A stretch of DNA of 64,000 bases, from positions 35,296-99,295 of the forward strand of contig JAAYDY010000105.1 of NCBI GenBank assembly GCA_012729015.1, read 5' to 3'. Shown here piece after piece: positions 29,170 to 39,030 of the stretch. The notes beneath the pieces were generated by a model. That model did not search any database. It was not told the origin of the DNA and saw nothing but the letters and a program-made list of their open reading frames with translations. Position 1 is the stretch's first letter; the number at the start of each line of letters is the position of its first letter. Source of the DNA: Phycisphaerae bacterium (GTDB lineage Bacteria; Planctomycetota; Phycisphaerae; FEN-1346; JAACEH01). The position numbers were made by a program, and so were the translations under genes.

Positions 29170-30594
29170 CTAGAAGTACAGGTCGCGGTCGTCGCTGGTC
29201 CGAATCCGATTGAGCCTCGAGGCCAGTTCCGTCTTGATCGTTCCCTCGGGCAGCCGGTCGAGTTCGGCAGCAATCAGGCGGCGGCCGGCCTCTCGCGTCT
29301 CGGGCGATGCGTAGTCGGTCAGGTACTCCGTCAGGGTGCTCAGGGCGTTGGGGGTGCAGAAGTCGCGAATGAATCCCGGAATGGCAAACTCCATGAAGTG
29401 CTCGCCCGTGCGACCGAGGCGGTAGCAGGCCGTGCAGAAGCTCGGAACGTAGCCGTCCTGGATCAACTCGCGCATCACCAGGTCCAGCGGTCGGATGTCG
29501 CCGAGCATGAACTGCTCGCGCTGCATGACCTGGGTGTCGCCGGCCTCGGTGTATCCGCCGATCTCGATACGGCTGCCGGCGTCGATCTGCGAGACGCCGA
29601 AGGCCATGACTTCGCGGCGCAGTTCCGGCCGCTCACGGGCGGTCATAATCAGCCCCGTGTACGGCACGGACACACGCAGAATCGCCACCAACCGTTTGAA
29701 CTGGTCATCGGTGACGAGGTGACGCGGGTCGGTCTGGACGCCGGCGGCCGGTTGCAGGCGCGGAAAACTGATCGTGTGGGGGCCGACGCCGTACCGTTGC
29801 TGCAAGTGCAGCGCGTGCTGCACGAGTCCCAGCACTTCGAACCGCCAGTCGCACAGGCCGAACAGGGCGCCGATGCCCATGTCGTCGCAGCCGGCCTCGA
29901 AAGCCCGGCTGAGGGCGTCGAGCCGCCAGAGGTAATCCGCCTTGCGCGTTCCGGCCGGATGCAACCGGGCGTAGGTCTCGTGGTGATAGGTTTCCTGAAA
30001 GACCTGGTAGGTGCCGATGCCGGCCTGCTTGACGATGCGGTAGCCCTCGTGGTCCTGGGGCGCGGCATTGATGTTGACTCGCCGGATGCTGCCGTGGCCC
30101 ACCTTCACGTCGTAGACCGTGCGCACCGTGTCGGCGATGAACGAGGCATCGTATTTCGGATGCTCGCCGTAGACGAGAATCAGCCGCTTGTGACCGACCT
30201 GCTCCAGGGCTTCGACCTGGGCGATCAGTTCGTCGCGTGTGAGAGTGCGACGGACGGCATCGCGATTGGAGCGTTTGAACCCGCAGTAGGCGCAGTCGTT
30301 GACGCAATCGTTGCCGACATAGAGCGGCGCGAAGAGCACGATGCGGTTGCCGTAGACGTCGCGTTTCAACTGCCTGGCGGTGTTCAGAATCCGTTCGACG
30401 AGCGCCGGGTCCTCAGCAGCCAGGAGGACCGCCGTCTCCTCGATCGTCAGCGCCTGCTTGGCCCGGCTCTTGGCCAGGATGTCGTCCACGCGGGCTGCGT
30501 CGGGCCGGGCCGTGTGCAGCAGGTCGGTCAGGTGCGCATCATGAATGAAATCCACAGCTCCTTCGCTGAGGGTCATTGCCGCAAGCTTTCCCAT
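29170..30594 (-). CDS. hydG: [FeFe]-hydrogenase maturase HydG (radical SAM tyrosine lyase)
   Basis: CVNDCAYCGF radical-SAM motif. C-terminal CTACYR…C cluster motif. 474 aa. Confidence 0.9.
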   Translation of the reverse strand: MGKLAAMTLSEGAVDFIHDAHLTDLLHTARPDAARVDDILAKSRAKQALTIEETAVLLAAEDPALVERILNTARQLKRDVYGNRIVLFAPLYVGNDCVNDCAYCGFKRSNRDAVRRTLTRDELIAQVEALEQVGHKRLILVYGEHPKYDASFIADTVRTVYDVKVGHGSIRRVNINAAPQDHEGYRIVKQAGIGTYQVFQETYHHETYARLHPAGTRKADYLWRLDALSRAFEAGCDDMGIGALFGLCDWRFEVLGLVQHALHLQQRYGVGPHTISFPRLQPAAGVQTDPRHLVTDDQFKRLVAILRVSVPYTGLIMTARERPELRREVMAFGVSQIDAGSRIEIGGYTEAGDTQVMQREQFMLGDIRPLDLVMRELIQDGYVPSFCTACYRLGRTGEHFMEFAIPGFIRDFCTPNALSTLTEYLTDYASPETREAGRRLIAAELDRLPEGTIKTELASRLNRIRTSDDRDLYF

Positions 30595-30610
30595 GTCAGA
30601 CCACTCCTCT

Positions 30611-31681
30611 CTACGCCTTCATCGGGCCGGGTGCCTGCCGGAGACGATACGCTCCGGAGTCGCCCCGCCCTCGACCGATGGTTCGCCCCATGGCCACAAT
30701 GCCGGCCTTCACCTGTCGGTCGAATTCGTCCGTTTCCCCGCAAGAGGCCTTGCCGGGATAAATCTCGTACATGGCACGATACGCCGGCGGCGTCAGGTTG
30801 GGCATGACGACGTTGCCGCCGCGAGCCAGCCCGAGTTGTCGCCCGCCCTCGGCATTCAGCGTGGCCAGGGCCGTCGTGCTCGGGATGTTGGCCCTCGGAC
30901 AGACGATTCGCGCCAAGGCCACCGCCTTACAGCCAGTGAGCTCGTCGGCAGGCGCCTGCTCCCCCGGCGGCAGGCACCATGCCTGGCCGTCGCGGCCCAG
31001 GGGCGTGTCCGGGTGTGCGATGAACGGCCCCAGGCCGATCATGTCCAGGTCGAGTTCGCCGAACAGTTCGATGTCCCGAGCCAGATCGTCGAGACTCTGG
31101 CCGGGGATGCCCACCATGACGCCGCTGCCGATCTCGTAGCCCATGGCGCGCAGGTATCGCAGAATCGCCAGCCGGTCGCGAGGCTCCGCCCCCGGTCGCG
31201 CCGGGTGAATCCTCGCGAACAACGCCTTGTTGCTCGTTTCGAACCGAAGCAGGTAGCGGTCGGCCCCGGCGTCGCGCCACAGGGCCAGTTCGTCGTTGGT
31301 CCGCTCGCCCAGACTGAGCGTTATGGCCAAGGGCGTCTCGGCCTTGATGCGGCGGATGACCTCGGCAAGCCAGCGGGCCTCGATGCTCCAGTCTTCGCCC
31401 GATTGCAGGACAACGGTGCCATAGCCGAGAGCAACGGCTTTGTCGGCGGCAGCGAGAATCTCGCCGGCGGTCATGCGATAGCGCGGTAAGCCCGTGCGGT
31501 CGGCCCTCACGCCACAGTAAAGGCATTGACGAGAGCAGTGGTTGGATATCTCGATGAGGCCGCGCAGGTGCACTTCGTCGCCGACACACTCTCGCCGCAC
31601 GTCGTCTGCGTGCTTCCACAACGACTCGAGGCGGCCGGGCTCGGTCTGTCGAAGCCACGAGCGGATGTCGTCATGCGTCAT
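30611..31681 (-). CDS. hydE: [FeFe]-hydrogenase maturase HydE (radical SAM, BioB-like)
   Basis: CSRQCLYCG radical-SAM motif and BioB-like fold. Start at MTHDDIRSWL (ATG 31681). Confidence 0.85.
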   Translation of the reverse strand: MTHDDIRSWLRQTEPGRLESLWKHADDVRRECVGDEVHLRGLIEISNHCSRQCLYCGVRADRTGLPRYRMTAGEILAAADKAVALGYGTVVLQSGEDWSIEARWLAEVIRRIKAETPLAITLSLGERTNDELALWRDAGADRYLLRFETSNKALFARIHPARPGAEPRDRLAILRYLRAMGYEIGSGVMVGIPGQSLDDLARDIELFGELDLDMIGLGPFIAHPDTPLGRDGQAWCLPPGEQAPADELTGCKAVALARIVCPRANIPSTTALATLNAEGGRQLGLARGGNVVMPNLTPPAYRAMYEIYPGKASCGETDEFDRQVKAGIVAMGRTIGRGRGDSGAYRLRQAPGPMKA

Positions 31682-32834
31682 GATCCTGTACCGCCTCGAC
31701 GGCCTGATCGGCCCGGACCTTGCGCGACAGGACGACTGTGAAGGTGCTGCCGACGTCGGGTTCGCTCTCGACGCGAACCTCGCCGCCGTAGAGGGTCGCG
31801 AGCCGGCGGACAATCGACAATCCGAGGCCGCTGCCCAGGATGTTGCGCGTTCGGTCGTTCTTGATCCGGACGAACTCGCCGAACAGTCGCGACGTTTCCT
31901 CTTTGCTCATCCCGATGCCCGTGTCGGTGACGGCGATGGTGATCGTGTCGGCATCGCCGCCGAGCCGCACGTCCACGCGGCCGTTGTCGCGATTGTACTT
32001 CACGGCATTGGAAACAAGGTTGTTCAGGACGATCTCGATCTCGCCTGCGTCGGCCATCATCAGGAGCGGCCCGGACCCGTGAATCTGGAGCGTGATGCTG
32101 CGTGCCCTGGCGTCGGGCATCGCCGTCTCGACAGCGGTATCTGCCAGAGCGCGGACATCGACTTCGGCCAGTTCGCGTTTCTTGCGGCCGGACTCGATGT
32201 GCGTCAGGTCGAGCAGGTCGACGATCAGTTTGCGCATGTGCCGCGTGCGGATCAGGCATCGGTCGAGCATGTGGTCGTAGGTGGCCTGATCGTCGCCGGC
32301 GGTTCGGTCGCGTACAATCTGAAGGTAACCCTCGACGGCGGCCAGGGGCGACTTGAGCTCGTGAGCGACAACGCGGATGAACTCGAACCGGACCTGTCGC
32401 TTCTCCTGGGCGAGGCGGCGGGCCTGTCGGGCCGTGATCAGCGTCTCAGCGGCCCGTCGGATCGTGGTCTTCAGCTCGCTGGGCGTGAAGGGTTTGGCCA
32501 GGAAGTCGTAGGCCCCCTGCTTGATGGCGCTGACGGCCGTCTCGAGCGAGGCGTAGGCGGTGATCATGATCGTGAGCATATGATCGCTGCGTCCGACGTG
32601 GTCCAGGACGTCGAGGCCCGACATGCCGGGGAGCTTGTGATCGAGCAGGAGGATGTCGGGCTCGGAGGCGCGGATCATCTCAAGGGCCTTCTCGCCGGTG
32701 TCGGCGGTCTCGACGGTGAACGCCACGCGCTGGTCGATGTCCGTGAGGTCGAAATGGCAGTCGCCCAGCGCGCGGGCCACCCCCATCCGCATCCCCGGTT
32801 CGTCGTCCACGACCAGCACGCGAAGCGTCTCCAC
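31671..32834 (-). CDS. Hybrid two-component protein: N-terminal receiver domain fused to HisKA-HATPase histidine kinase
   Basis: VLVVDDE…ILLLDHKLPGMSGLD receiver. H-box VAHELKSPLAAV. G1/G2 ATPase boxes (DTGIGM, GSGLGLSIV). Confidence 0.8.
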   Translation of the reverse strand: METLRVLVVDDEPGMRMGVARALGDCHFDLTDIDQRVAFTVETADTGEKALEMIRASEPDILLLDHKLPGMSGLDVLDHVGRSDHMLTIMITAYASLETAVSAIKQGAYDFLAKPFTPSELKTTIRRAAETLITARQARRLAQEKRQVRFEFIRVVAHELKSPLAAVEGYLQIVRDRTAGDDQATYDHMLDRCLIRTRHMRKLIVDLLDLTHIESGRKKRELAEVDVRALADTAVETAMPDARARSITLQIHGSGPLLMMADAGEIEIVLNNLVSNAVKYNRDNGRVDVRLGGDADTITIAVTDTGIGMSKEETSRLFGEFVRIKNDRTRNILGSGLGLSIVRRLATLYGGEVRVESEPDVGSTFTVVLSRKVRADQAVEAVQDHDA

Positions 32835-32838
32835 GAGC

Positions 32839-33228
32839 CTACCCTTTCACCAGTCGGCCGATTTCCCGCTTGAGTTGCTCGAACCGCACGGGCTTGTCCA
32901 GAATCGCGTCGGCCTTCACCCAGGCCCGCTCGCCGTCGGTCGTAGCATCGAACTTGATGCCCGTCTCGGCGGCCACAGCGGTGACCATGACGACCGGCAG
33001 CGCGGCGTCCTTGGCCTTGATCTCGTGGCAAAGGACAAACCCGTCGTCCATGTGCTCCATCATCAGGTCCACCACAACGAGATCCGGCCGGCCCTGCGCC
33101 AGGGCCTTGCGGGCCTCGGCGAGGCCGTCGGCCTCGACCACCGCAAAACCGGCGGCCTCCAGTTGCACGCGCAGCTGGGCGCGGAAATCCATGTCGTCGT
33201 CTACTACCAGAATCGTTCGTGCAGCCAT
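32839..33228 (-). CDS. Single-domain CheY-like response regulator
   Basis: 129 aa, ILVVDDD…DLVVVDLMMEHMDDG receiver domain only. Real CDS is the C-terminal part of the 525-aa ORF. Confidence 0.8.
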   Translation of the reverse strand: MAARTILVVDDDMDFRAQLRVQLEAAGFAVVEADGLAEARKALAQGRPDLVVVDLMMEHMDDGFVLCHEIKAKDAALPVVMVTAVAAETGIKFDATTDGERAWVKADAILDKPVRFEQLKREIGRLVKG

Positions 33229-33293
33229 GCTCTTCGTCCTGCCTTTCACTGTCGCAGCGTCGCCGGAGGGATGCGCCGGGAGCGCCGCAGCCC

Positions 33294-35336
33294 TCAGACC
33301 TTCACCGTCCTGGCCTCGGCCCGACGCGGCAACGTCACCGTGAACGTTGTCCCCGTGGGGCCGGCCTTCGGATCGGCATTGGATCGCACGCGGATGTCTC
33401 CGCGGTGCATCTTCACGATACCGTAACTGACAGCCAATCCCAAGCCTGTTCCTTCGCCGATCTGCTTCGTCGTGAAGAACGGCTCGAAAATCTTCTCCAG
33501 GTTCTCCTTGGCGATGCCGACGCCCGTGTCGGTCACCTCGATCTGGACTCGGTCGCCCTGGGCCCGCGTCGTGACGGTCAGCGTGCCGCCCTCCGGCATG
33601 GCGGCCACGGCGTTGCTGGCCAGGTTGGTCAGCACCTGGACCATCTGGTCGCGGTCCAGGTCCACGACGGGATCCGCTAACTGGTGATCCACAACGACCT
33701 TGACGTTCTCGGGCATCGCAACGCCGCCGAGCATCGCCTCGACCAGTTCCTTCGTGTCGGTCGGCTCGTGGACCACCTTGTTCTGCCGGGCGAAGTGGAG
33801 CAGGCCGGAGACGATCTTCTTGCAGCGATCTGCCTGCTCGGCCACCATGGCCAGGTCGCCGCGAAGCCGCGCGTCTTTCGGACACTCGTCCAGCAACAGG
33901 TGCGCGTACATCAGGACCACGCCGAGCGGGTTGTTCACCTCGTGGGCGATACCGGCGGCAAGCTGTCCCATGCTGGCCAGCTTCTCGGATTGGATCAGGG
34001 CGGCCTGCGCACTGGCCAGTTGGTCGTTGCTGACAGCCAGGTCCTTGACCGCGCGGCGGAGCTGCTCGATCGTGTAGGGCAGGCACATTTCGCTTTCGGC
34101 CAGGCCCTTGAAGATAGCGATGGCGTGCTCGCGGCAGGTGTCGTAGCCGCAGGCGCCGCAGTTCAGCTCGTCCTGCGGGGTGAACTTGCCCATTCGCGCC
34201 AGGATGGTGCGGATGTCGTCGTCGTCCAGGGGCGCCGGCATGCGCTGATCGTTGGAGGCGAACACGCGGCCCAGGTCGAGGTCGGCCATGTCGTCCATCG
34301 CGCGGCGCCAGGCGTCCATGTCGAACTGCTCGCGGCGGCGACGCACGTACTGGCTGACGCGCGAACGGCGGCGGAAGAGGGCATCGGTGCTGCTGGTGCC
34401 GGCGCCCATGATACACCCGTTGCAGCAGAGGACTTCCAGGAGCCGCGCGTCGAGGTCGCCCGACTTGAACTCGGCGATGGCCTCGACGAAATTGGTGCGC
34501 CCGTCGGCCGCGACGACCTGGCCGGTCATCAGATCCTCGCTGATGCCGGCGGCCTGGAGCATGCCGCGACTGATGGGGAAGAGGGCCCCTGCCCCTCCGA
34601 GCGGCGGATCAAAGTCCGACGGCTCGGCCTTGGACGCGGCGAGGCCGGCTTCGCGCAGCATGTCCTGCAACTCGATGAACGTCAGGACGGCATCGACCTC
34701 GTGGGCCACGCGGACGCTGGCGGCCTCGCCTTTTTTGGCGATGCATGGACCGACGAAGACGACCTTCAGATCCGGGCCGTGCAGCCGCCTCAGGACGCGG
34801 GCCGTGGCGATCATCGGCGACACGATGGGCGCCAATGACGCCACGACCTCGGGGTGATAGCGTTCCACGTATCCGAAAATCGCCGGGCAGCTCGTGGCGA
34901 TGTACCGCTTGTCGGGATTCTCCTGGAGCAGCCGGCGGTAGCGGTCGGCCACCAGGTCGGCGCCGAAGGCCACCTCATTGACGAGGTCGAAGCCCAGGGC
35001 GCGGATCATGCCGACGACCCTGAGCGGATCGACGCCGGCGAACTCGGCCGGGAAACTCGGCGCGACGATGGCTGCGACGCGAGAGGGCCCTTTCAGGATC
35101 GCCCTGACGTCGGCCGTGGAATCCAGAACCTGTTTGGCCCGCTGGCTGCAAACGCGGACGCAGTTTCCGCAGCCGATGCAACGCTGTGGAATGACGTCGG
35201 CCTGGCCGTCGGCGATGCGGATGGCCTTGGCCGGGCATTCGCGCACGCACGTATAGCAGACGCGGCAGCGCTCCTTGACCGTCGTGACCAGAGGAAGGTT
35301 CTGTGCATGCTTCAACCGACGTTCCTCACTTGACAA
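33294..35336 (-). CDS. Sensory-type [FeFe]-hydrogenase (HydS-like H-domain) fused to a histidine kinase
   Basis: N-terminal 2x[4Fe-4S] ([24 protein letters not shown]). H-cluster motifs L1 ATSCP, L2 [10 protein letters not shown]3 [14 protein letters not shown] Cx2Cx4Cx16C motif (CGACGYDTC…EMC). Then HisKA ([12 protein letters not shown]) and HATPase_c. TTG start at 35336, overlapping hydA by 11 nt. Confidence 0.85.
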   Translation of the reverse strand: MSSEERRLKHAQNLPLVTTVKERCRVCYTCVRECPAKAIRIADGQADVIPQRCIGCGNCVRVCSQRAKQVLDSTADVRAILKGPSRVAAIVAPSFPAEFAGVDPLRVVGMIRALGFDLVNEVAFGADLVADRYRRLLQENPDKRYIATSCPAIFGYVERYHPEVVASLAPIVSPMIATARVLRRLHGPDLKVVFVGPCIAKKGEAASVRVAHEVDAVLTFIELQDMLREAGLAASKAEPSDFDPPLGGAGALFPISRGMLQAAGISEDLMTGQVVAADGRTNFVEAIAEFKSGDLDARLLEVLCCNGCIMGAGTSSTDALFRRRSRVSQYVRRRREQFDMDAWRRAMDDMADLDLGRVFASNDQRMPAPLDDDDIRTILARMGKFTPQDELNCGACGYDTCREHAIAIFKGLAESEMCLPYTIEQLRRAVKDLAVSNDQLASAQAALIQSEKLASMGQLAAGIAHEVNNPLGVVLMYAHLLLDECPKDARLRGDLAMVAEQADRCKKIVSGLLHFARQNKVVHEPTDTKELVEAMLGGVAMPENVKVVVDHQLADPVVDLDRDQMVQVLTNLASNAVAAMPEGGTLTVTTRAQGDRVQIEVTDTGVGIAKENLEKIFEPFFTTKQIGEGTGLGLAVSYGIVKMHRGDIRVRSNADPKAGPTGTTFTVTLPRRAEARTVKV

Positions 35337-37047
35337 CTTCGCGCGGTGCGTAATGCGTGTGCAGCAGGTGATGGCTCTTCTCGCCCAGGGGCTTGCCGAG
35401 GAACTCCTCGTAGAGCCGCTGGACTTCCTTGTTGGCGTGCGACGTCCGGAGGGCGGCGTCGCGGTCGATCTTGTACAGGGCCCTCATTCGGGCACGGACC
35501 TGCTCGGGCTGCGTCTGGTACGGTTGTCCGCCGCCGGCGATGCACCCGCCGGGGCAGGTCATGACCTCGATGAAGTGCAGGTCGTTGCGTCCGGCGCGGA
35601 TCTGTTCGAGCAGCCGGCGGGCGTTGGCCAGGCCACTAACGACGGCGACGCCCACGTCCAGCCCGTCAACATTGAGGCGGGCCTCTTTAACGCCCTTGGC
35701 GCCGCGAACGGCCTGGACCTTCAGTTCGTCCATTTCGCGGCCGGTGATCAGCCAGTACGCCGTGCGGATGGCGGCCTCCATGACGCCGCCGCTGGCACCG
35801 AAGAGCTTGCCGGCGCTGGACCGCTCGCCGAACGGCGTGTCGGCGGAGTCGGGCTCCAGCGAAGCCAGGTCGATGCCTCGCATGTGAATCAGGCGCGCCA
35901 CTTCGCGCGTCGTCAGGACGGCGTCGATGTCGGGATTGCCGCTCTGGGTCATCTCGGGGCGGCCGGCCTCGAACTTCTTGGCTGTGCACGGCATGATCGC
36001 CACGCTGAAGATGCGCGACGGGTCCAGCCCGGCACGCTGGGCGAAATGTGTCTTGATGATTGCGCCGAGCATCTGCTGCGGGCTCTTGCACGTGGACAGG
36101 TTCTCGATGAAGTCCGGGAAGAACTGCTCGACGAATTTGATCCAACCCGGAGAGCAACTGGTCATCATCGGCAGCCGGCCGCCGGTCTTGACGCGTTGGA
36201 CAAACTCGCTGGCTTCTTCCATGATCGTCAGGTCGGCGCTGAACGAGGTGTCGAACACACGGTCGAATCCAAGGGCTCGCAGGGCCGCCGTGAGGGTGCC
36301 GGCCATGTCGATGCCGGGCTTCAGGCCGAACTCCTCGGCCACCGTGACGGACACTGCCGGTGCGTGCTGCACGACCACCGTCATGTCGGGATCGTTCAGC
36401 GCATCGACCACCAGCTTGAGGTGACTCTGTTCTCGCAGCGCCCCGGTCGGGCAGACCATGATGCACTGGCCGCAGTTGATGCAACTGGACACGTTGAGCC
36501 CATCGTTGAAGGCGGTGGTGACCTGGGTGTGACATCCTCGGCCGACGAAATCAATGGCCGAGACGCCCTGGATTTCCTCGCATACGCGGACGCAGCGGCC
36601 GCACAGGATGCACTTGGCCGGATCGCGCACGATGGACGGGCTGGAGAGGTCCATCTTGTCGTCGTTCTTGGCGCCGGTGAATCGTCGCTCGCGAACGCCG
36701 AGCTCCTCGGCGAGCGACTGGAGCTGGCAACTGCCGCTGCGGACGCAGAAGAGGCAGTCGTCCGGATGGTTCGACAGGAGCAGTTCGACGATCGTCTTGC
36801 GGGCCCTGAGGACGCGCGGCGAGTGGGTCTGAACCTTCATGCCCGCAGTCACGGGGAATGCGCAACTGGGGACGAGGCCCCGTTGTCCTTCGACCTCGAC
36901 GACGCACATGCGGCACGCGCCGCTGGGAAACAGCTCGTCCATATGGCAGAGCGTCGGCACCTTGATGCCGGCTCGTTTCAGCGTGTCCAGCAGCATTTCG
37001 CCCGGCTGGGCTTCCACTGTCCGATGATTGACTTCAATGGTAACCAC
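35326..37047 (-). CDS. hydA: [FeFe]-hydrogenase catalytic subunit HydA (M3-type, NuoG-like N-terminus)
   Basis: 2Fe-2S, His-ligated 4Fe-4S and 2x[4Fe-4S] domains at the N-terminus. H-cluster motifs TSCSPGW (L1 variant), MPCTAKKFE (L2), EVMTCPGGCIAGGG (L3). GTG start with GGGAG upstream. Confidence 0.85.
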   Translation of the reverse strand: MVTIEVNHRTVEAQPGEMLLDTLKRAGIKVPTLCHMDELFPSGACRMCVVEVEGQRGLVPSCAFPVTAGMKVQTHSPRVLRARKTIVELLLSNHPDDCLFCVRSGSCQLQSLAEELGVRERRFTGAKNDDKMDLSSPSIVRDPAKCILCGRCVRVCEEIQGVSAIDFVGRGCHTQVTTAFNDGLNVSSCINCGQCIMVCPTGALREQSHLKLVVDALNDPDMTVVVQHAPAVSVTVAEEFGLKPGIDMAGTLTAALRALGFDRVFDTSFSADLTIMEEASEFVQRVKTGGRLPMMTSCSPGWIKFVEQFFPDFIENLSTCKSPQQMLGAIIKTHFAQRAGLDPSRIFSVAIMPCTAKKFEAGRPEMTQSGNPDIDAVLTTREVARLIHMRGIDLASLEPDSADTPFGERSSAGKLFGASGGVMEAAIRTAYWLITGREMDELKVQAVRGAKGVKEARLNVDGLDVGVAVVSGLANARRLLEQIRAGRNDLHFIEVMTCPGGCIAGGGQPYQTQPEQVRARMRALYKIDRDAALRTSHANKEVQRLYEEFLGKPLGEKSHHLLHTHYAPREVVK

Positions 37048-37062
37048 AGTATGACTCCCGAC

Positions 37063-39030
37063 TTATTCCACGGTAATGGCATTGAACCGACAGGCCGCGA
37101 CACACGAGCCGCAAGCGACGCACTTTTCCGGAACGATGTAGTGTGGGCTCTTCGGTGCGCCCATGATGGCGCCGCTGGGACACTGGCGAGCGCAGAGCGT
37201 GCACCCCTTGCACTTGTCCGGATCGATCTTGTACACAAGCAGTTCCGTGCAGACTCCCGCGGGGCAGCGACGCTCGTAGATGTGAGCCTCGTACTCGTCG
37301 CGGAACCATCGGAGCGTGCTCAGCACGGGGTTCGGGGCGGTCTGCCCCAGGCCGCAGAGGCTGGCGTCACGAATGACCTCGGCCAGCCGTTCGAGGTTCA
37401 TCACGCCCTTGAAGCGTTCGAGGGCGGCGGGCCCCTTCTCGGTGCGGTAGCCCTGTGTGATGCGTTGGAGGATTTCGAGCATGCGGCGCGTGCCCTCGCG
37501 ACACGGGATGCACTTGCCGCAGCTTTCGCGCTGGATGAAGTCCATGAAGAACTTGGCCACATCGACCATGCAGGTGTCTTCGTCCATGACGACGAGGCCG
37601 CCGCTGCCCATCATAGCGCCGACGGTCTTGAGGGACTCGTAGTCGATCAGGATGCCCAGGTGCTGGGTCGGGATGCAGCCGCCCGACGGGCCGCCGATCT
37701 GGACGGCCTTGAAGGCCTTGCCGTTGGGAATGCCGCCGCCGATGTCCAGGACGATCTGGCGGATGGGCGTGCCCATGGCCACTTCGACCAGGCCCGTGCG
37801 CGACACCTTGCCGGAGAGGGCGAACACCTTCGTGCCCTTGCTGGTCTGAGTTCCCGTGGCGGCGAACCAGTCGGCGCCCTTGGAGACGAGCATCGGCAGG
37901 TTGGCCAGGGTCTCGACGTTGTTGATGACCGTGGGCTTGCCGAACAGGCCGCTGACGGCCGGATAGGGCGGCCTCGGCCGCGGCATGCCGCGTTTGCCCT
38001 CGACGCTGTTGATCAGGGCAGTTTCCTCGCCGCAGACGAAGGCGCCGGCACCCTGCTTGAGCATGATTTCGAGGTCGAACCCGCTGTCGAGGATATTGCG
38101 GCCGAGCAGGCCGTAGGCCTTGGCCTGGGCGATGGCCTGGTTCAACCGCTCAATGGCCAGGGGATACTCGGCGCGGATGTAGACGTAGGCCTTGTTGGCG
38201 CCGATGGCGTAGGCGGCCAGGGCCATGCCCTCGAGCAGGCGATGCGGATCGCCCTCGATGACGGCCCGGTCCATGAAAGCACCGGGGTCGCCCTCGTCGG
38301 CGTTGCAGATCAGGTACTTCTGGTCGGCGGGCTGCTGGAGAGCGAACCGCCACTTGCGGCCGGTCGGGAACCCGCCGCCGCCGCGGCCTCGCAGGCCGCT
38401 GCGCTCGACCGTCGCGCAGAGGTCGTCGCGCGTCATGCCGCGAAGCGCGTCGGCGAAGGCGCGGTACCCGCCGCGGGCGATGTACTCTTCGATGCTCTTC
38501 GGGTCGATGCGGCCGATGTCCACGAGGACCCAGCGCGTCTGCGGGCCGAAGAACGGGTGCTCGTCCAGGAACGGCACGCCCGACCAACTTTCCAGGGTGG
38601 GGTGGCGGTGCTGGCCGATGAGGCCTTCCTGCGGCACGTTGCCCGCCAGCACGGCGTCCAGCAGGGCCGGCACCTTGTCGGACGTGACCTCGCCGAAGGA
38701 CAACCGCGTGCGGCCGGGCAGTTGCACGTCCACCATGGGTTCCACGGCGCAAAGGCCAATGCACCCGACCTCGACGACGTCGGCATCGACGCCCTTGGCG
38801 GCCAGATGGGCCCGGACGGCTTCGAGGGTCTTGCCGGCGCCGGCACCCAGGCCACACGTGCCGGCCCCGACGAAGACGCACGGACGCTCAATCACGTCCC
38901 GGCGGAGGCAGGCCAGCAGGGCTTCGTCCTGGACGGGATCGCCGGCGATATACGCAAGAAGCTCCGGCGACGGGGCGGAGCCCACGCGCCGGCGTGTTCT
39001 GTCTTGATTTCGTTCACTTACTGTGGACAT
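37063..39030 (-). CDS. hydB: NuoF-like NADH-binding flavoprotein subunit of [FeFe] hydrogenase (HydB/HndC-like)
   Basis: N-terminal thioredoxin-like 2Fe-2S. NuoF core (GRGGGGFPTGRKW, CNADEGDPGAF, ESCGKCIPCR). C-terminal 2x[4Fe-4S]. Confidence 0.85.
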   Translation of the reverse strand: MSTVSERNQDRTRRRVGSAPSPELLAYIAGDPVQDEALLACLRRDVIERPCVFVGAGTCGLGAGAGKTLEAVRAHLAAKGVDADVVEVGCIGLCAVEPMVDVQLPGRTRLSFGEVTSDKVPALLDAVLAGNVPQEGLIGQHRHPTLESWSGVPFLDEHPFFGPQTRWVLVDIGRIDPKSIEEYIARGGYRAFADALRGMTRDDLCATVERSGLRGRGGGGFPTGRKWRFALQQPADQKYLICNADEGDPGAFMDRAVIEGDPHRLLEGMALAAYAIGANKAYVYIRAEYPLAIERLNQAIAQAKAYGLLGRNILDSGFDLEIMLKQGAGAFVCGEETALINSVEGKRGMPRPRPPYPAVSGLFGKPTVINNVETLANLPMLVSKGADWFAATGTQTSKGTKVFALSGKVSRTGLVEVAMGTPIRQIVLDIGGGIPNGKAFKAVQIGGPSGGCIPTQHLGILIDYESLKTVGAMMGSGGLVVMDEDTCMVDVAKFFMDFIQRESCGKCIPCREGTRRMLEILQRITQGYRTEKGPAALERFKGVMNLERLAEVIRDASLCGLGQTAPNPVLSTLRWFRDEYEAHIYERRCPAGVCTELLVYKIDPDKCKGCTLCARQCPSGAIMGAPKSPHYIVPEKCVACGSCVAACRFNAITVE

